DNA of 32,000 nucleotides from Acaryochloris marina S15. GTDB taxonomy: Bacteria > Cyanobacteriota > Cyanobacteriia > Thermosynechococcales > Thermosynechococcaceae. The DNA lies in NCBI RefSeq assembly GCF_018336915.1, contig NZ_CP064923.1:630001-662000 (forward strand). Reading direction: 5' to 3'. A program made the position numbers and the translations under genes. The notes under the pieces are model-generated. The model saw nothing but the letters and a program-made list of their open reading frames with translations, was not told the DNA's origin and searched no databases. Position 1 is the first letter of the stretch. The number at the start of each line of letters is the position of its first letter. This document shows positions 1 to 9,159 of this stretch, piece after piece.

Positions 1-326
1 ATTTGTCACTGAATTTCTGCGATTCTGAAAAACTTTACAAACGACAAAATATTTAAGACGCCAAGTACCAGCGACAAAGTTTATGATTAATTAATAATTT
101 CATTACAAAGTCCACAAGCGATTCGGCCATAGTGGAGGATGGGTTATTTCCTCACAGCCAATCCTGTGAATAACGGGTAAGGCCAAACTGTATTCGTTCC
201 TAGGCAAACCGGGGGAGACTTTGTCGTTGGATGTCTCGAATGGGAGAGGAGAACGGTAACCGAATGCCCCCATTGCTGCGGTCTTGCAGATGCTGAATTC
301 ATTTTTAAGAGGAATCGAGCGTTTCC

Positions 327-1241
327 ATGTCTTTATTTGATTGGTTTGCAAATCGACGAAAATCTCATCCTGTGACCAAAGCACAGCCAGAACGAGAGAT
401 TTCTGATGGCTTATGGTCGAAGTGTGAGTCGTGTGGTGCCCTGACTTACACCAAAGATTTACGGGCCAATCAAATGGTGTGCTTAGAATGTGGACATCAT
501 ACTCGTGTCACTAGTGATGAGCGGATCTCACAGCTGATTGATGCGGAGACTTGGGTGGCAATGGACAATGACTTAGTCGCTTGTGATCCGCTTCAATTTC
601 ACGATCGCAAAGCCTATTGCGATCGCATTCTGGAATACCAGAGCAAAACAGGTCTACAAGATGCCGTCCAAACTGGCATAGGCGAACTCGACGGCCTACC
701 CCTAGCCCTTGGCGTCATGGACTTCCGGTTTATGGGAGGAAGCATGGGATCTGTCGTGGGCGAGAAACTGACCCGCTTGATTGAGCATGCCACCCAGAAT
801 CGTCTGCCATTGGTGATTGTTTGCGCCTCAGGTGGCGCCCGGATGCAAGAAGGGATGCTTAGCCTAATGCAGATGGCTAAAACCTCTGCGGCCCTAGATC
901 AGCACCGAACGAACCGCTTACTCTACATTCCATTGCTCACCCACCCCACAACCGGTGGCGTAACAGCTAGTTTTGCGATGCTTGGGGATATGATTTTGGC
1001 TGAGCCCAAAGCGACCATTGGCTTTGCAGGTCGCCGGGTCGTCGAACAGACTTTGCGAGAAAAGCTGCCAGACGACTTCCAGACAGCAGAATATTTGCTT
1101 AGTCATGGGTTTGTGGATGCCATTGTTCCTAGGCCGGAGTTAAAAGGAACCTTAGCCCGGCTGATTCGAATTCATGCTCAAATGCCGATGGCCTCAGATA
1201 TTTCACCCGCAGCGGTTCCAGTTGCTGCTGCCATTGAATAG
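327..1241 (+). CDS. accD: acetyl-CoA carboxylase carboxyltransferase beta subunit
   Basis: 304-aa ORF with ATG start. N-terminal 4-Cys zinc ribbon (CESCG...CLECGHH) followed by the carboxyltransferase core ([22 protein letters not shown]), typical of AccD. Confidence 0.95.
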   Translation: MSLFDWFANRRKSHPVTKAQPEREISDGLWSKCESCGALTYTKDLRANQMVCLECGHHTRVTSDERISQLIDAETWVAMDNDLVACDPLQFHDRKAYCDRILEYQSKTGLQDAVQTGIGELDGLPLALGVMDFRFMGGSMGSVVGEKLTRLIEHATQNRLPLVIVCASGGARMQEGMLSLMQMAKTSAALDQHRTNRLLYIPLLTHPTTGGVTASFAMLGDMILAEPKATIGFAGRRVVEQTLREKLPDDFQTAEYLLSHGFVDAIVPRPELKGTLARLIRIHAQMPMASDISPAAVPVAAAIE

Positions 1242-1370
1242 AGGGTAGTGGCCTAAACCTTGCTCCCCTTCCATTCCAGATTTGACCAATTTATAGAATC
1301 TGGATTTGGGAAAGGGACGCCTCAATGGCATGATATTAGATGGGTCAACCTTAATAAAATCAGTACGTTA

Positions 1371-1556
1371 ATGATTATGGGGTTTGCAGACCTATCGATC
1401 TCAGAAATAGCAGAGGACTATCATCTCTCTATTGAAGAGGTTTGTACATTATGCGATCGTCTGGGTGTTGCTTATAAAGCGCCCGACACCCGTTTAGCCC
1501 TGGAGGATGTCAAAGCACTTATTTTAGAAATTTTGGCTAACAAAGAAAACACCTAA
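1371..1556 (+). CDS. small conserved hypothetical protein (about 61 aa)
   Basis: The ORF track gives 1260..1556 from a TTG. The first ATG is at 1371 (MIMGFADLSISEIAEDY...). It lies 18-130 nt after the accD stop on the same strand. I recognise no family, and the start is uncertain. Confidence 0.45.
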   Translation: MIMGFADLSISEIAEDYHLSIEEVCTLCDRLGVAYKAPDTRLALEDVKALILEILANKENT

Positions 1557-1764
1557 GGTCAAGCCAATAGGTCATGACTCGGGTTTTAATTCAATTAAGC
1601 CTAAAACTCTTTTACTGCTTTATTCATGCCTTTTCCTCTTCTCATTTCTGCGGACTCCATCACTGTCACCAGCAACGGGCAGGTTTAGATAGAGTACCCG
1701 GTTCTGTAGAGTGGATTTAACTGTGTTGAGAGCCTGATAATTAAACGAAATTGAAAGGAGAACT

Positions 1765-2253
1765 ATGCTGAAAAGATACATGTTGCTGGCGGTGGCTACA
1801 GTATTTTTTGCTTTTCAAGCATTCACCAGTACTGCAACTGCTGCTGAATTAGATGATGCGACTCGAACAGTTGCGTTAAATGAGGGGAGTACCGTTACTC
1901 TATCCACGCAGCAAGCGAAAGAGGGCCAGCGCTTATTCAACTTTGCCTGTGCAAACTGCCATATTGGTGGAGATACCAAAACTAATCCCAGCATCAACCT
2001 GTCCGCCTCTAGTTTGGCTGGCGCCAATCCCAGACGTGACAACGTTGAAAGTCTTGTGGATTACATGAACGAGCCCACTACTTACGATGGTTTTGACACC
2101 ATTTCTGAAGTGCATCCTAGTACTCAAAGTACTGATGTTTTCCCTCTAATGAGAAACCTGTCTGATGACGACCTATTCGACATTGCAGGTCATATTCTCA
2201 TTCAGCCTTCAGTGATTGGCGATCAGTGGGGTGGCGGTAAAGCTAACCGCTAA
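1765..2253 (+). CDS. psbV: cytochrome c-550 (PSII extrinsic subunit PsbV)
   Basis: Signal peptide ending ATA-AEL. Heme motif CANCH. Distal His in SEVHPS. The C-terminal IAGHILIQP...WGGGK is typical of PsbV. An AAAGGAGA Shine-Dalgarno sequence lies just upstream of the ATG. Confidence 0.93.
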   Translation: MLKRYMLLAVATVFFAFQAFTSTATAAELDDATRTVALNEGSTVTLSTQQAKEGQRLFNFACANCHIGGDTKTNPSINLSASSLAGANPRRDNVESLVDYMNEPTTYDGFDTISEVHPSTQSTDVFPLMRNLSDDDLFDIAGHILIQPSVIGDQWGGGKANR

Positions 2254-2323
2254 GTGTCCATTGGTTGTTGACCAGTATGAACGACGTTATCTTTATAAAG
2301 TTCATATTTAAGGCGCGCATCAA

Positions 2324-2839
2324 ATGCTGAAATCGTGGCTCAAATGTTGTTTTCTTGCCGTTCTTTGGGTTTGTTTGGGAAGTCTCCCAAACAGTTCAAT
2401 AGCCCAAGCTGGAGATATTGACGATTATATTGTTCGGTATCTTAAGGTGACAGAACCCGTTCCTATTGCAATAGATGCTTCGGGAGAGACTCAGTTGTTT
2501 TCTCCCGAAGAGCTGTCAGATGGGAAACGGTTGTTTGACGATAACTGTAAGAATTGCCATGTAGGTGGGGCGACGTTGCCAAATCCCGTGCAATCTTTGT
2601 CAATGAAGAATTTGCAAGGGGCAACCCCTTCTCGGGATAACGTTGCCAATCTCATTGAATTCCAACGAGAGCCAACTATTTACGATGGTAGCGATGTTAG
2701 CTTTTGGTGCCGCCAGGTCCCTGATACTTGGTTGCCCGATCAAGAACTGGCAAATCTGGAAGCCTTTATTCTCAGAGCTGCTGAAGTAGCTAGGGGTTGG
2801 GGCACTGAAGATGTTGCTGATGGCATAGATTTTACTTAA
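2324..2839 (+). CDS. psbV2: cytochrome c-550-like protein (PsbV2-type)
   Basis: Signal peptide and CKNCH heme motif. Collinear with PsbV (SRDNV..L...REPTIYDG). FWCRQV sits where PsbV has EVHPS. It lies directly between psbV and petJ, as described for Thermosynechococcus. Confidence 0.8.
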   Translation: MLKSWLKCCFLAVLWVCLGSLPNSSIAQAGDIDDYIVRYLKVTEPVPIAIDASGETQLFSPEELSDGKRLFDDNCKNCHVGGATLPNPVQSLSMKNLQGATPSRDNVANLIEFQREPTIYDGSDVSFWCRQVPDTWLPDQELANLEAFILRAAEVARGWGTEDVADGIDFT

Positions 2840-3081
2840 GGTTATTATCCTTAAACTGCCCTGATTCAGTTGATTAGAGCAACGTCGATGCCTTTAAGGT
2901 AACCTCTGTAATCCTACGAACTCTAAGTTTAGGGTTCTAAAGTTGCAGAGACGATCCTAAAATAGTTATGCGAGTTTATCGCATTTGCCATAACTAAGCA
3001 CCGTATATATTCATCATTTGGTGTCTGGCGTTAATAAATTTGGCAGCACAGCTGTCAATATGAATTGAGAGGAGAAACACA

Positions 3082-3411
3082 TTGAAAAAACTTCTATCTA
3101 TTGCTTTGACTGCACTTGCTGTCCTAGCTTTTGCAATCAGCAGCCCTGTTTTAGCCGCTGATGCGGGTGCGGGTGCGGGTGTCTTTAATGCTAACTGTGC
3201 TGCTTGCCATGCAGGCGGCAACAATGTTGTCCAAGCAGATAAAACTCTGAAAGCAGATGCTTTATCTGCTAATGGCATGGACTCTGCTGATGCCATTATC
3301 AATCAGGTCACCAATGGTAAAGGTGGCATGCCTGCATTTGGTGCTAGCCTTTCCTCTGGCGATATCGAGAACGTTGCTGCATACGTTTTAGATCAAGCTG
3401 ATAAGTGGTAA
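3082..3411 (+). CDS. petJ: cytochrome c6
   Basis: Signal peptide ending [14 protein letters not shown] heme motif and Met ligand context [11 protein letters not shown] start at 3082 preceded by GAGAGGAG, with no in-frame ATG upstream of the signal peptide. Confidence 0.92.
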   Translation: MKKLLSIALTALAVLAFAISSPVLAADAGAGAGVFNANCAACHAGGNNVVQADKTLKADALSANGMDSADAIINQVTNGKGGMPAFGASLSSGDIENVAAYVLDQADKW

Positions 3412-3440
3412 GTCTACTGAAATAACTAGTTCATAGTTTT

Positions 3441-3474
3441 CCCCCTCTTTATTTAAAGAGGGGGTTTTGTTTTG
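3441..3474 (+). terminator. rho-independent terminator after petJ
   Basis: Perfect 10-bp stem CCCCCTCTTT (3441-3450) / AAAGAGGGGG (3455-3464), 4-nt loop, then TTTTGTTTTG. Confidence 0.85.
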
Positions 3475-3562
3475 TTGGACTATTCCTAGCTTCCGATCTG
3501 TTGCTCACCATAGTTGGGTGGGTTTATGTCATCTTGTACCTAGTACCTGTCGAGGTTTCCCC

Positions 3563-4462
3563 ATGCGCCGACCCCGTCCGTCTTATTTGTGGTCTTTAGG
3601 ATTAGGACTGTTTTTGGCCTGTGCACTCCCTACGATTGGCTGGCAAGTCATCAGTGCTTCATCGGCGGTTAGTGTTGAGCAAAAGACTCTTTTAGACCAG
3701 TTAGCCGATGCCCAAGTGGTCTATTTGGGGGAAACCCATAACAGTGTGGCTGACCACAAAGCTCAATTAGCGATTATCCGAGGGTTATTTGAACGAGAAC
3801 CCAAACTTGCGATCGCCATGGAGATGTTTCAGCGTCCCTTTCAAGATCCCATCGATCGCTATCTGGCCGGAGAGATTACAGAGGCACAGTTGCAAAAAGA
3901 AACGGAGTATCGTCAACGCTGGGGATTTGACTGGGAATTCTACGCCCCCGTTTTGCGCTTTGCTAAACAGCATCAACTGCCGGTTATTGCTCTTAATACC
4001 CCTAGGGAGATCACCAAAAAAGTGGGTCGGCAAGGGTTGGAAAGCCTCACCTCAGAAGACTACACCTTTATCCCTCCTTTAGCAGAGATCGACGTTAGCA
4101 ATACTGCTTATCGTCAAAAACTTAAGACCATTTATGAACAATTTCATCCCGGCCCTGCTTCTGAAGAAGGGTTTGAGCGCTTTTTTGCCGCGCAAGTTCT
4201 TTGGGATGAGACGATGGCTGAAAAAATAGCCCAGACTGTTCGCCAACAGCCTGATCGGATTGTCGTTGTCTTAGCCGGAAAAGGCCATATTGAGCAAGGC
4301 TATGGTATCCCCGATCGGGTGGCACGACGTCTCAGCCAGTCTTCTGGGAAAGACCAGCCGTTTCGCCAGTCTTCTGTTTATCTCAATCCTACGGATGATG
4401 CTCGTAAGATAGCGAATCCTCCCGCTGCTAATTATTTTTGGACTCAGCCTGGATCGGAATAA
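3563..4462 (+). CDS. ChaN-family (haem-binding uptake / Tiki-like) lipoprotein
   Basis: VVYLGETHNSVADHKAQL motif and overall ChaN-like layout. I prefer the ATG at 3563 (MRRPRPSYLWSLGLGLFLAC, signal/lipobox-like), because the track's TTG start at 3467 lies inside the petJ terminator. Confidence 0.72.
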   Translation: MRRPRPSYLWSLGLGLFLACALPTIGWQVISASSAVSVEQKTLLDQLADAQVVYLGETHNSVADHKAQLAIIRGLFEREPKLAIAMEMFQRPFQDPIDRYLAGEITEAQLQKETEYRQRWGFDWEFYAPVLRFAKQHQLPVIALNTPREITKKVGRQGLESLTSEDYTFIPPLAEIDVSNTAYRQKLKTIYEQFHPGPASEEGFERFFAAQVLWDETMAEKIAQTVRQQPDRIVVVLAGKGHIEQGYGIPDRVARRLSQSSGKDQPFRQSSVYLNPTDDARKIANPPAANYFWTQPGSE

Positions 4463-4478
4463 TCCAAGATCTCAACGT

Positions 4479-4749
4479 ATGATTCTAGAAGTTGCCATCC
4501 TCGATGTGATTTCAGGAAAAGAAGCTCAGGTTCAGTCAGACTTTCTCTCTGTCATGCCAGGCTATCTGGAGCATGAGCTGCAGTGTTGTCTTGAATAACA
4601 ATCACGTTATTTGTGGTTAGCTCACTGGCAAACCTTAGACGATCATGGACAGGGCTTTGTCAATCTCCCTAGTATCAATGGTGGAAGACCACGCTACACC
4701 ATCGCTAGGGTTCATTCCTGACTGTGGATTCTTATGCAGCTGCACTTTG
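4479..4749 (+). pseudogene. decayed antibiotic-biosynthesis-monooxygenase (ABM) domain gene
   Basis: From ATG 4479 the sequence reads MILEVAILDVISGKEAQVQSDFLSVMPGYLEHELQCCLE then TAA. The next codons continue as QSRYLWLAHWQTLDDHGQGF. The ABM-like tail (QSP*YQWWKTTLHH ... FLTVDSY) is recoverable only in another frame and contains stops. That makes at least one nonsense codon, one frameshift and an N-terminal deletion. Confidence 0.7.
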
Positions 4750-4855
4750 ATAAACACAGCTTTGATCAAAAGTGGCCCCCCAGGTCTGACCGAGAGCGAT
4801 CGACATCCGGTCGTTTTGACGTCATCAACTCTTTCGTACCTCATAGGAGAACCCC

Positions 4856-5587
4856 ATGCTAGAAAAGAACAGCAAAATTGCCCTAGTGACGGGGGCGAAC
4901 CGTGGACTGGGGTTAGAGGTCTGTCGACAATTGGCCCAGCAAGGTGTTAGCATCATCCTCACTGCTCGTGATCGCCAAAAGGGTGAACAAGCAGCGCAAC
5001 AACTGCTGGAAGAAGGGCTTGAAGTGATTGTCAAGCCTTTAGATGTTTCAGATAATCAGAGTGTGGCCCAGTTAGTAAGCGAACTAGAAAGCGATCTCCA
5101 GCACTTAGATATATTGATTAACAATGCAGGCATAAATTTTGACTTTCAGCAGCAAACTCTAGCGGCTGATTTGGATGATGTCCAGAATACTTTGAATACG
5201 AACCTGTTTGGAGCCTGGCGCATGACTCAGGCGTGCTTGCCGCTGCTGGAGAAGAGTCAGCATGGGCGGATTGTAAATGTTTCTAGTGGTGCGGGGTCGT
5301 TTGCCGGTCCCAGAGGTCTGCAGGAACAAAGCGGGGGATTGCCAGCTTATGGAATATCTAAGACGGCCTTGAATGCTCTAACTGTCAAGCTGAGTCGATC
5401 GCTGCTAGAGGCAGGTATTTTGGTGAATGCGGTATGTCCGAATTTTACTGCAACTTATCCCGGCACAGAAAAGATGGGTGCGAGACCCGTTCCTGAGGGG
5501 GCATCTGGAATTGTTTGGGCTGCAATGTTACCGGATGATGGTCCTACAGGTGGATTTTTCCGAGATGGTCAACCACTCCCTTGGTAG
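4856..5587 (+). CDS. short-chain dehydrogenase/reductase (SDR) family oxidoreductase
   Basis: TGANRGLG Rossmann motif, NNAG, and the catalytic S...YGISK (YxxxK) motif. Confidence 0.9.
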   Translation: MLEKNSKIALVTGANRGLGLEVCRQLAQQGVSIILTARDRQKGEQAAQQLLEEGLEVIVKPLDVSDNQSVAQLVSELESDLQHLDILINNAGINFDFQQQTLAADLDDVQNTLNTNLFGAWRMTQACLPLLEKSQHGRIVNVSSGAGSFAGPRGLQEQSGGLPAYGISKTALNALTVKLSRSLLEAGILVNAVCPNFTATYPGTEKMGARPVPEGASGIVWAAMLPDDGPTGGFFRDGQPLPW

Positions 5588-5716
5588 GGGCTATGTGACT
5601 GCAGATTAGGGAGTTGAGATGCGCTTGCCCCATCAATATGGTAAATCGCAAGATTCGCTTAATCATCAGCCTCAATGGGAATACTAGGGATAGGTATGAC
5701 CATCAATATTATTACT

Positions 5717-6130
5717 ATGAAAAAATCTATTTCATTTTTATTGCTGCTAACGGCAACTTGGTTTGGTGGCTTGGCGCTAAATGCTGAGGCCAGATCTACT
5801 TGTGCTGTTGGACAGAGAGGTGAAGTTTTATGGAAAGGGAAATGGTATCCAGCTCAGGTTCTTGATGCTAATGGTCGACAATGCTATATCACCTATGACG
5901 GCTATAGCAGTTCTTGGGATGAGTGGGTAGGCCCCAATCGTTTTCGTCCCTATGCTCCTGCCTCCTCTAATTCTGCCTATCGAGCGGGACAATCGGTACA
6001 GATTTTGTGGAAAGGAAAGTGGTACCCCGGAAAGGTTCTGGATGTCAGCGGTAACCGTTACTTTATTACTTACGATGGCTATAGCAGTTCTTGGAATGAG
6101 TGGGTTTCTCCCGCTCGACTGAGCCGATAA
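5717..6130 (+). CDS. secreted protein with two tandem Tudor/Agenet/SH3-like repeats
   Basis: Signal peptide MKKSISFLLLLTATWFGGLALNAEA from ATG 5717 (the track starts at 5675). Two repeats of about 45 aa: VLWKGKWYPAQVLDANGRQCYITYDGYSSSWDEWV and ILWKGKWYPGKVLDVSGNRYFITYDGYSSSWNEWV. Confidence 0.6.
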   Translation: MKKSISFLLLLTATWFGGLALNAEARSTCAVGQRGEVLWKGKWYPAQVLDANGRQCYITYDGYSSSWDEWVGPNRFRPYAPASSNSAYRAGQSVQILWKGKWYPGKVLDVSGNRYFITYDGYSSSWNEWVSPARLSR

Positions 6131-6149
6131 GCATTGACACTATTGCTGT

Positions 6150-7241
6150 TCATAGATTTGCTGCAATAGCCAGACAGTCATGGAATAGCGCGTCGGTTTT
6201 AAAGGCTTGAGGATTAATGTGGGTGAGGCTAGCCTGATAGCCTTGCCCTTGGAGTTGTGCAATCATGCGATCGCGTTTTGGTATATCCATTTTTCCTCGC
6301 CGTCCAATGTCTGCAACGGAGTAGAAATAAGGCGGCATTAGTGCTTCTGCTTGCATAATCTGTAGGAGTTGAACCCGGTCTGACCAACCCCAATCTTCAG
6401 CTAGTTGCTCCATAGATGCTACCCAAGTTGGATCATGTAATGGCCCTAACCACATGGGACCGCTAAGGGTTAAGGGTGGGCCTTGGTTTGGGCAGGTGGC
6501 TCGACTGAGCTTTTCCCAAGAGACCGTTTGATAGTGACCGCAGTGGTGACAATAGCCGATAAATCCCAGACCATTCTGAGGTTGGGGGGAGGTTACCTGG
6601 ACGAGCACTCGATAGATTTGACCTTGAAAGTACGAGAAAATGGGCTGAATATCCCGTCCTAGGGCTTGGGCTTGTTGCCAGCAAATGCCTAATAATAGCC
6701 GTAGTCCTTGCTCATGGGCAGCAGGATGAGATCGCACCCATGCTCCCAGTAATCGTTGACTATGTTTGGGATTATGTCCGGCTAAGGTGCGGCTATCGGT
6801 GCCCGTGATGTAAAGTAATCCGCCTAATTTGACGGTTTGCAGACAGCCTTGCAGGAAAGGGGTGGGCAAGCCAAAACTATCCAAGTCGATAAAATCAAAA
6901 CTCTCGTGATGGTGGCACTCATGGAATAGCTGTGCTGCTGAGTGATACGAAAGCTGATACCGCTCCGGGGGCAGTTGGCTCAAGTTATCGGTTAGAACCT
7001 TTGCCATGTCAGGATTGGCATCGTTGGCCCAGATCCAATCTGCATTACTTTCCAGGGTATAGCGTTGCGATCGCACCCCGCATCCAGTCATGACATCTAA
7101 TAGGCGGAGGTGGCCTATCTGTTGGCGATAGACAGCGGCTGCTAATATGCCTAAATCCCGGGCGGGGCGACTGCTCGGGCGAAAAAATGCTGGCCCCACG
7201 CTAAATAGAGCTTTGCCTTCAAGGTTTGGGCTCTTTAACAC
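6150..7241 (-). CDS. trm1: tRNA (guanine26-N2)-dimethyltransferase-like (Trm1 family) methyltransferase
   Basis: N-terminal EGKA...FFRPSSRPARDLGIL, SAM-binding LDVMTGCGVRSQRY, and a C-terminal Cys/His cluster GYCHHCGHY...TCP, as in the TRM family. The GTG start overlaps the upstream ORF's stop by 7 nt. Confidence 0.72.
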   Translation of the reverse strand: MLKSPNLEGKALFSVGPAFFRPSSRPARDLGILAAAVYRQQIGHLRLLDVMTGCGVRSQRYTLESNADWIWANDANPDMAKVLTDNLSQLPPERYQLSYHSAAQLFHECHHHESFDFIDLDSFGLPTPFLQGCLQTVKLGGLLYITGTDSRTLAGHNPKHSQRLLGAWVRSHPAAHEQGLRLLLGICWQQAQALGRDIQPIFSYFQGQIYRVLVQVTSPQPQNGLGFIGYCHHCGHYQTVSWEKLSRATCPNQGPPLTLSGPMWLGPLHDPTWVASMEQLAEDWGWSDRVQLLQIMQAEALMPPYFYSVADIGRRGKMDIPKRDRMIAQLQGQGYQASLTHINPQAFKTDALFHDCLAIAANL

Positions 7242-7519
7242 AACTCGGTAATGAGTTGTGTCACCGATTCTTGGGTGAGGGTCGTGACGATAAAGACTTC
7301 TTGTACCGTTTTGCCTGAGCGGGCCAGAACTTTAAATCCGCCCCGAATGGGGACTGAAATTCGAAGTTTTAAGTGGGGAGTATGGCCCTTTACCCGGCTA
7401 ATCACACCAGGCGTAACGGTTTTAATGCCTGGATAGTGAATCAATTTTCCTAAAATCGCGAGTAAGCCGGGAATATGGGTGGAGTGGTTGAGCACTAATC
7501 GGCCTTTACTCGCAGACAT
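7235..7519 (-). CDS. conserved hypothetical protein (94 aa; possibly DUF2103-like)
   Basis: ATG start 3 nt after the clpS stop, and its stop overlaps the trm1-like GTG start. Coding looks plausible, but the family assignment is only a recollection. Confidence 0.55.
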   Translation of the reverse strand: MSASKGRLVLNHSTHIPGLLAILGKLIHYPGIKTVTPGVISRVKGHTPHLKLRISVPIRGGFKVLARSGKTVQEVFIVTTLTQESVTQLITELC

Positions 7520-7522
7520 ACT

Positions 7523-7867
7523 TCAGTCGGCCTCCAATGGTGCCATGGTTAAGCCCGCTCGCTGGAGCTGCATATGGTAGAGTTCTGCTTGTTCTTGAGG
7601 GCCCACCCAAACGATGGCCTGTCCTTCGAAATGAATTTGATTGGTTAATTCCCAAGCCTTATCAGACGTCATATGGGGAACATAGGTCATTAATGTCTTG
7701 GCTACGTGCTCAAATGTATTGACATCATCATTGACCACAATCACCTTGAAATTCGGATAGGGTTTCCGAACCGTCTTTTGTGCCTGTTTGTCTTCAGGGC
7801 GGGTAACAGGCGTTTGCACTGCGGTTATCGCCATGCATGGACTATCTAGCTCAGAAAGCTTAAGCAT
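7523..7867 (-). CDS. clpS: ATP-dependent Clp protease adaptor ClpS
   Basis: Core PNFKVIVVNDDVNTFEHVAKTLMTYVPHMTSDKAWELTNQIHFEGQAIVWVGPQEQAELY is typical ClpS. The start could instead be the internal Met at 7834. Confidence 0.9.
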   Translation of the reverse strand: MLKLSELDSPCMAITAVQTPVTRPEDKQAQKTVRKPYPNFKVIVVNDDVNTFEHVAKTLMTYVPHMTSDKAWELTNQIHFEGQAIVWVGPQEQAELYHMQLQRAGLTMAPLEAD

Positions 7868-8034
7868 GAGCTTAATTATTAAAGGTAAGGAATTAATTAG
7901 TTTACATTAGTTTAGCTTGTTGATATTAAGTTGCCTATGCCCAATTTCCTAAGCCGCTATATCTCTAGCCTAAACCGAATATTCTTAAGGAGTAGGTCTG
8001 TTTTTTCGACTACTCTGTTGACAACTTGACGCCC

Positions 8035-8925
8035 ATGACCCATGCCCAGCGACTCATTCCCGGTACTCTGCAAGCACAACTGATTCATCGAACCCAACAG
8101 GCGAAGCATTGTGGTGCTTTGCACTCGATTGCCACACATTATGAGCCATTGACCGATGGAGAACTGGAGTTTATGGTGCGGATTGTCTCTAATTTGGCGC
8201 GCAAAGCGACAGTGCTCAAAACACCTAAACCCAAAGACTTTAATCCCTTTCTCCCTTACGAAGAAGATCTGTTTGTATCTGATCTGTCGGATCAGCATCT
8301 CGTCTTGTTGAATAAATTCAATGTGGTAGATCATCATTTGCTGATGGTGACGCGGGACTTTGTCAGTCAAAAAACGTGGCTCGATGCTGCCGATTGTTTG
8401 GCGTTAGCCATTGTCTTAAGTGAAATGAAAGGGCTGGCTTTCTATAACGGCGGGTGGGCGGCGGGTGCGAGTCAGCCCCATAAGCATTTGCAGATGGTGC
8501 CCTTACCGTTTTTTCCTGATCGCCCTGATTTACCGATTTCACCATTAATATCTGCAGCTGCTTTACAAGGTATTGGTCAGAGTCCAGCTTTGCCGTTTGT
8601 GCATGGGATCGCACCTCTGTCTTTAGACTGGACAGATTCTCCTCAGACCCTAGCTTCGTTATTGCTAGACACCTATTACCAACTCTTAGGGGCTATTGGT
8701 TTACCATGGCAACCTGATACTCCTGAAGCGACAGGTGCCTATAATCTTCTGGTCACCAGAGATTGGATGTTGATGGTACTACGTTCGCAACCCAGCTTTG
8801 AAGATGTTGCCATTAATGCTTTGGGGTTTGCCGGATCTTTACTGGTACGTAACCCACAGGAGTTAGAGCATTTGAAGCAGGTTGGGCCAATGACCGTCTT
8901 ACAGAATGTAGGTGTTGCTCTGTAA
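8035..8925 (+). CDS. ATP adenylyltransferase / Ap4A phosphorylase (Apa2-like)
   Basis: NKFNVVDHHLLMVT and the HIT-like GASQPHKHLQMVP (HxHxQ) motif. I prefer ATG 8035 over the track's TTG 8026. Confidence 0.75.
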   Translation: MTHAQRLIPGTLQAQLIHRTQQAKHCGALHSIATHYEPLTDGELEFMVRIVSNLARKATVLKTPKPKDFNPFLPYEEDLFVSDLSDQHLVLLNKFNVVDHHLLMVTRDFVSQKTWLDAADCLALAIVLSEMKGLAFYNGGWAAGASQPHKHLQMVPLPFFPDRPDLPISPLISAAALQGIGQSPALPFVHGIAPLSLDWTDSPQTLASLLLDTYYQLLGAIGLPWQPDTPEATGAYNLLVTRDWMLMVLRSQPSFEDVAINALGFAGSLLVRNPQELEHLKQVGPMTVLQNVGVAL

Positions 8926-9159
8926 AGTGCAGTCTGGCTTGGGTGGCTGGTTGCTCTTTCTCAACTGGTCTGGCCATCAAGCGAAGAAGTTGCAATGGAC
9001 TCATTGCCGATTTAAGCAAGGTTGCTTGCAAGAACTCGTTACAAAAATGATTTAATTCTTAGATCGCCAAAAAGCTTTATAGGTAAAGGATTTGAAGTGA
9101 TAAAGCTTTCGTCTTTGTCGATTGGTGACGTCAATTTCTTTACATTTCATAATGCTTGT

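Noticed and set aside
103-384. A 93-aa minus-strand ORF upstream of and overlapping accD. The underlying 110-300 segment is GC-richer than its flanks and has several short hairpins, including a CCUCACA stretch reminiscent of the Yfr1 sRNA motif.
   Set aside because: The ORF starts inside accD and has no recognisable family or Shine-Dalgarno sequence. The Yfr1 motif (ACUCCUCACAC) is only partly matched and appears base-paired here. I could not match the segment to any riboswitch, 6S, SRP, RNase P or tmRNA signature. It may simply be the accD leader. An Rfam/Infernal scan would settle it.
1815-2127. Three short ORFs (75, 62 and 64 aa) overlapping psbV on both strands.
   Set aside because: They are shadow or alternative-frame ORFs inside a confidently identified gene.
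2994-3302. A 102-aa minus-strand ORF antisense to petJ.
   Set aside because: It is an Ala-rich antisense shadow of the cytochrome c6 coding sequence.
3467-3562. An N-terminal extension of the ChaN-like ORF from a TTG at 3467.
   Set aside because: It begins inside the petJ terminator T-tract. The ATG at 3563 gives a proper signal or lipoprotein N terminus.
4645-4950. A 101-aa plus-strand ORF spanning the ABM remnant and the SDR start.
   Set aside because: It is an out-of-frame by-product of the decayed ABM gene. It overlaps the well-supported SDR start at 4856.
7957-8614. Minus-strand ORFs of 137 and 83 aa opposite the ATP adenylyltransferase gene.
   Set aside because: They are antisense shadows with no motifs. 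The plus-strand gene carries the diagnostic HxHxQ motif.
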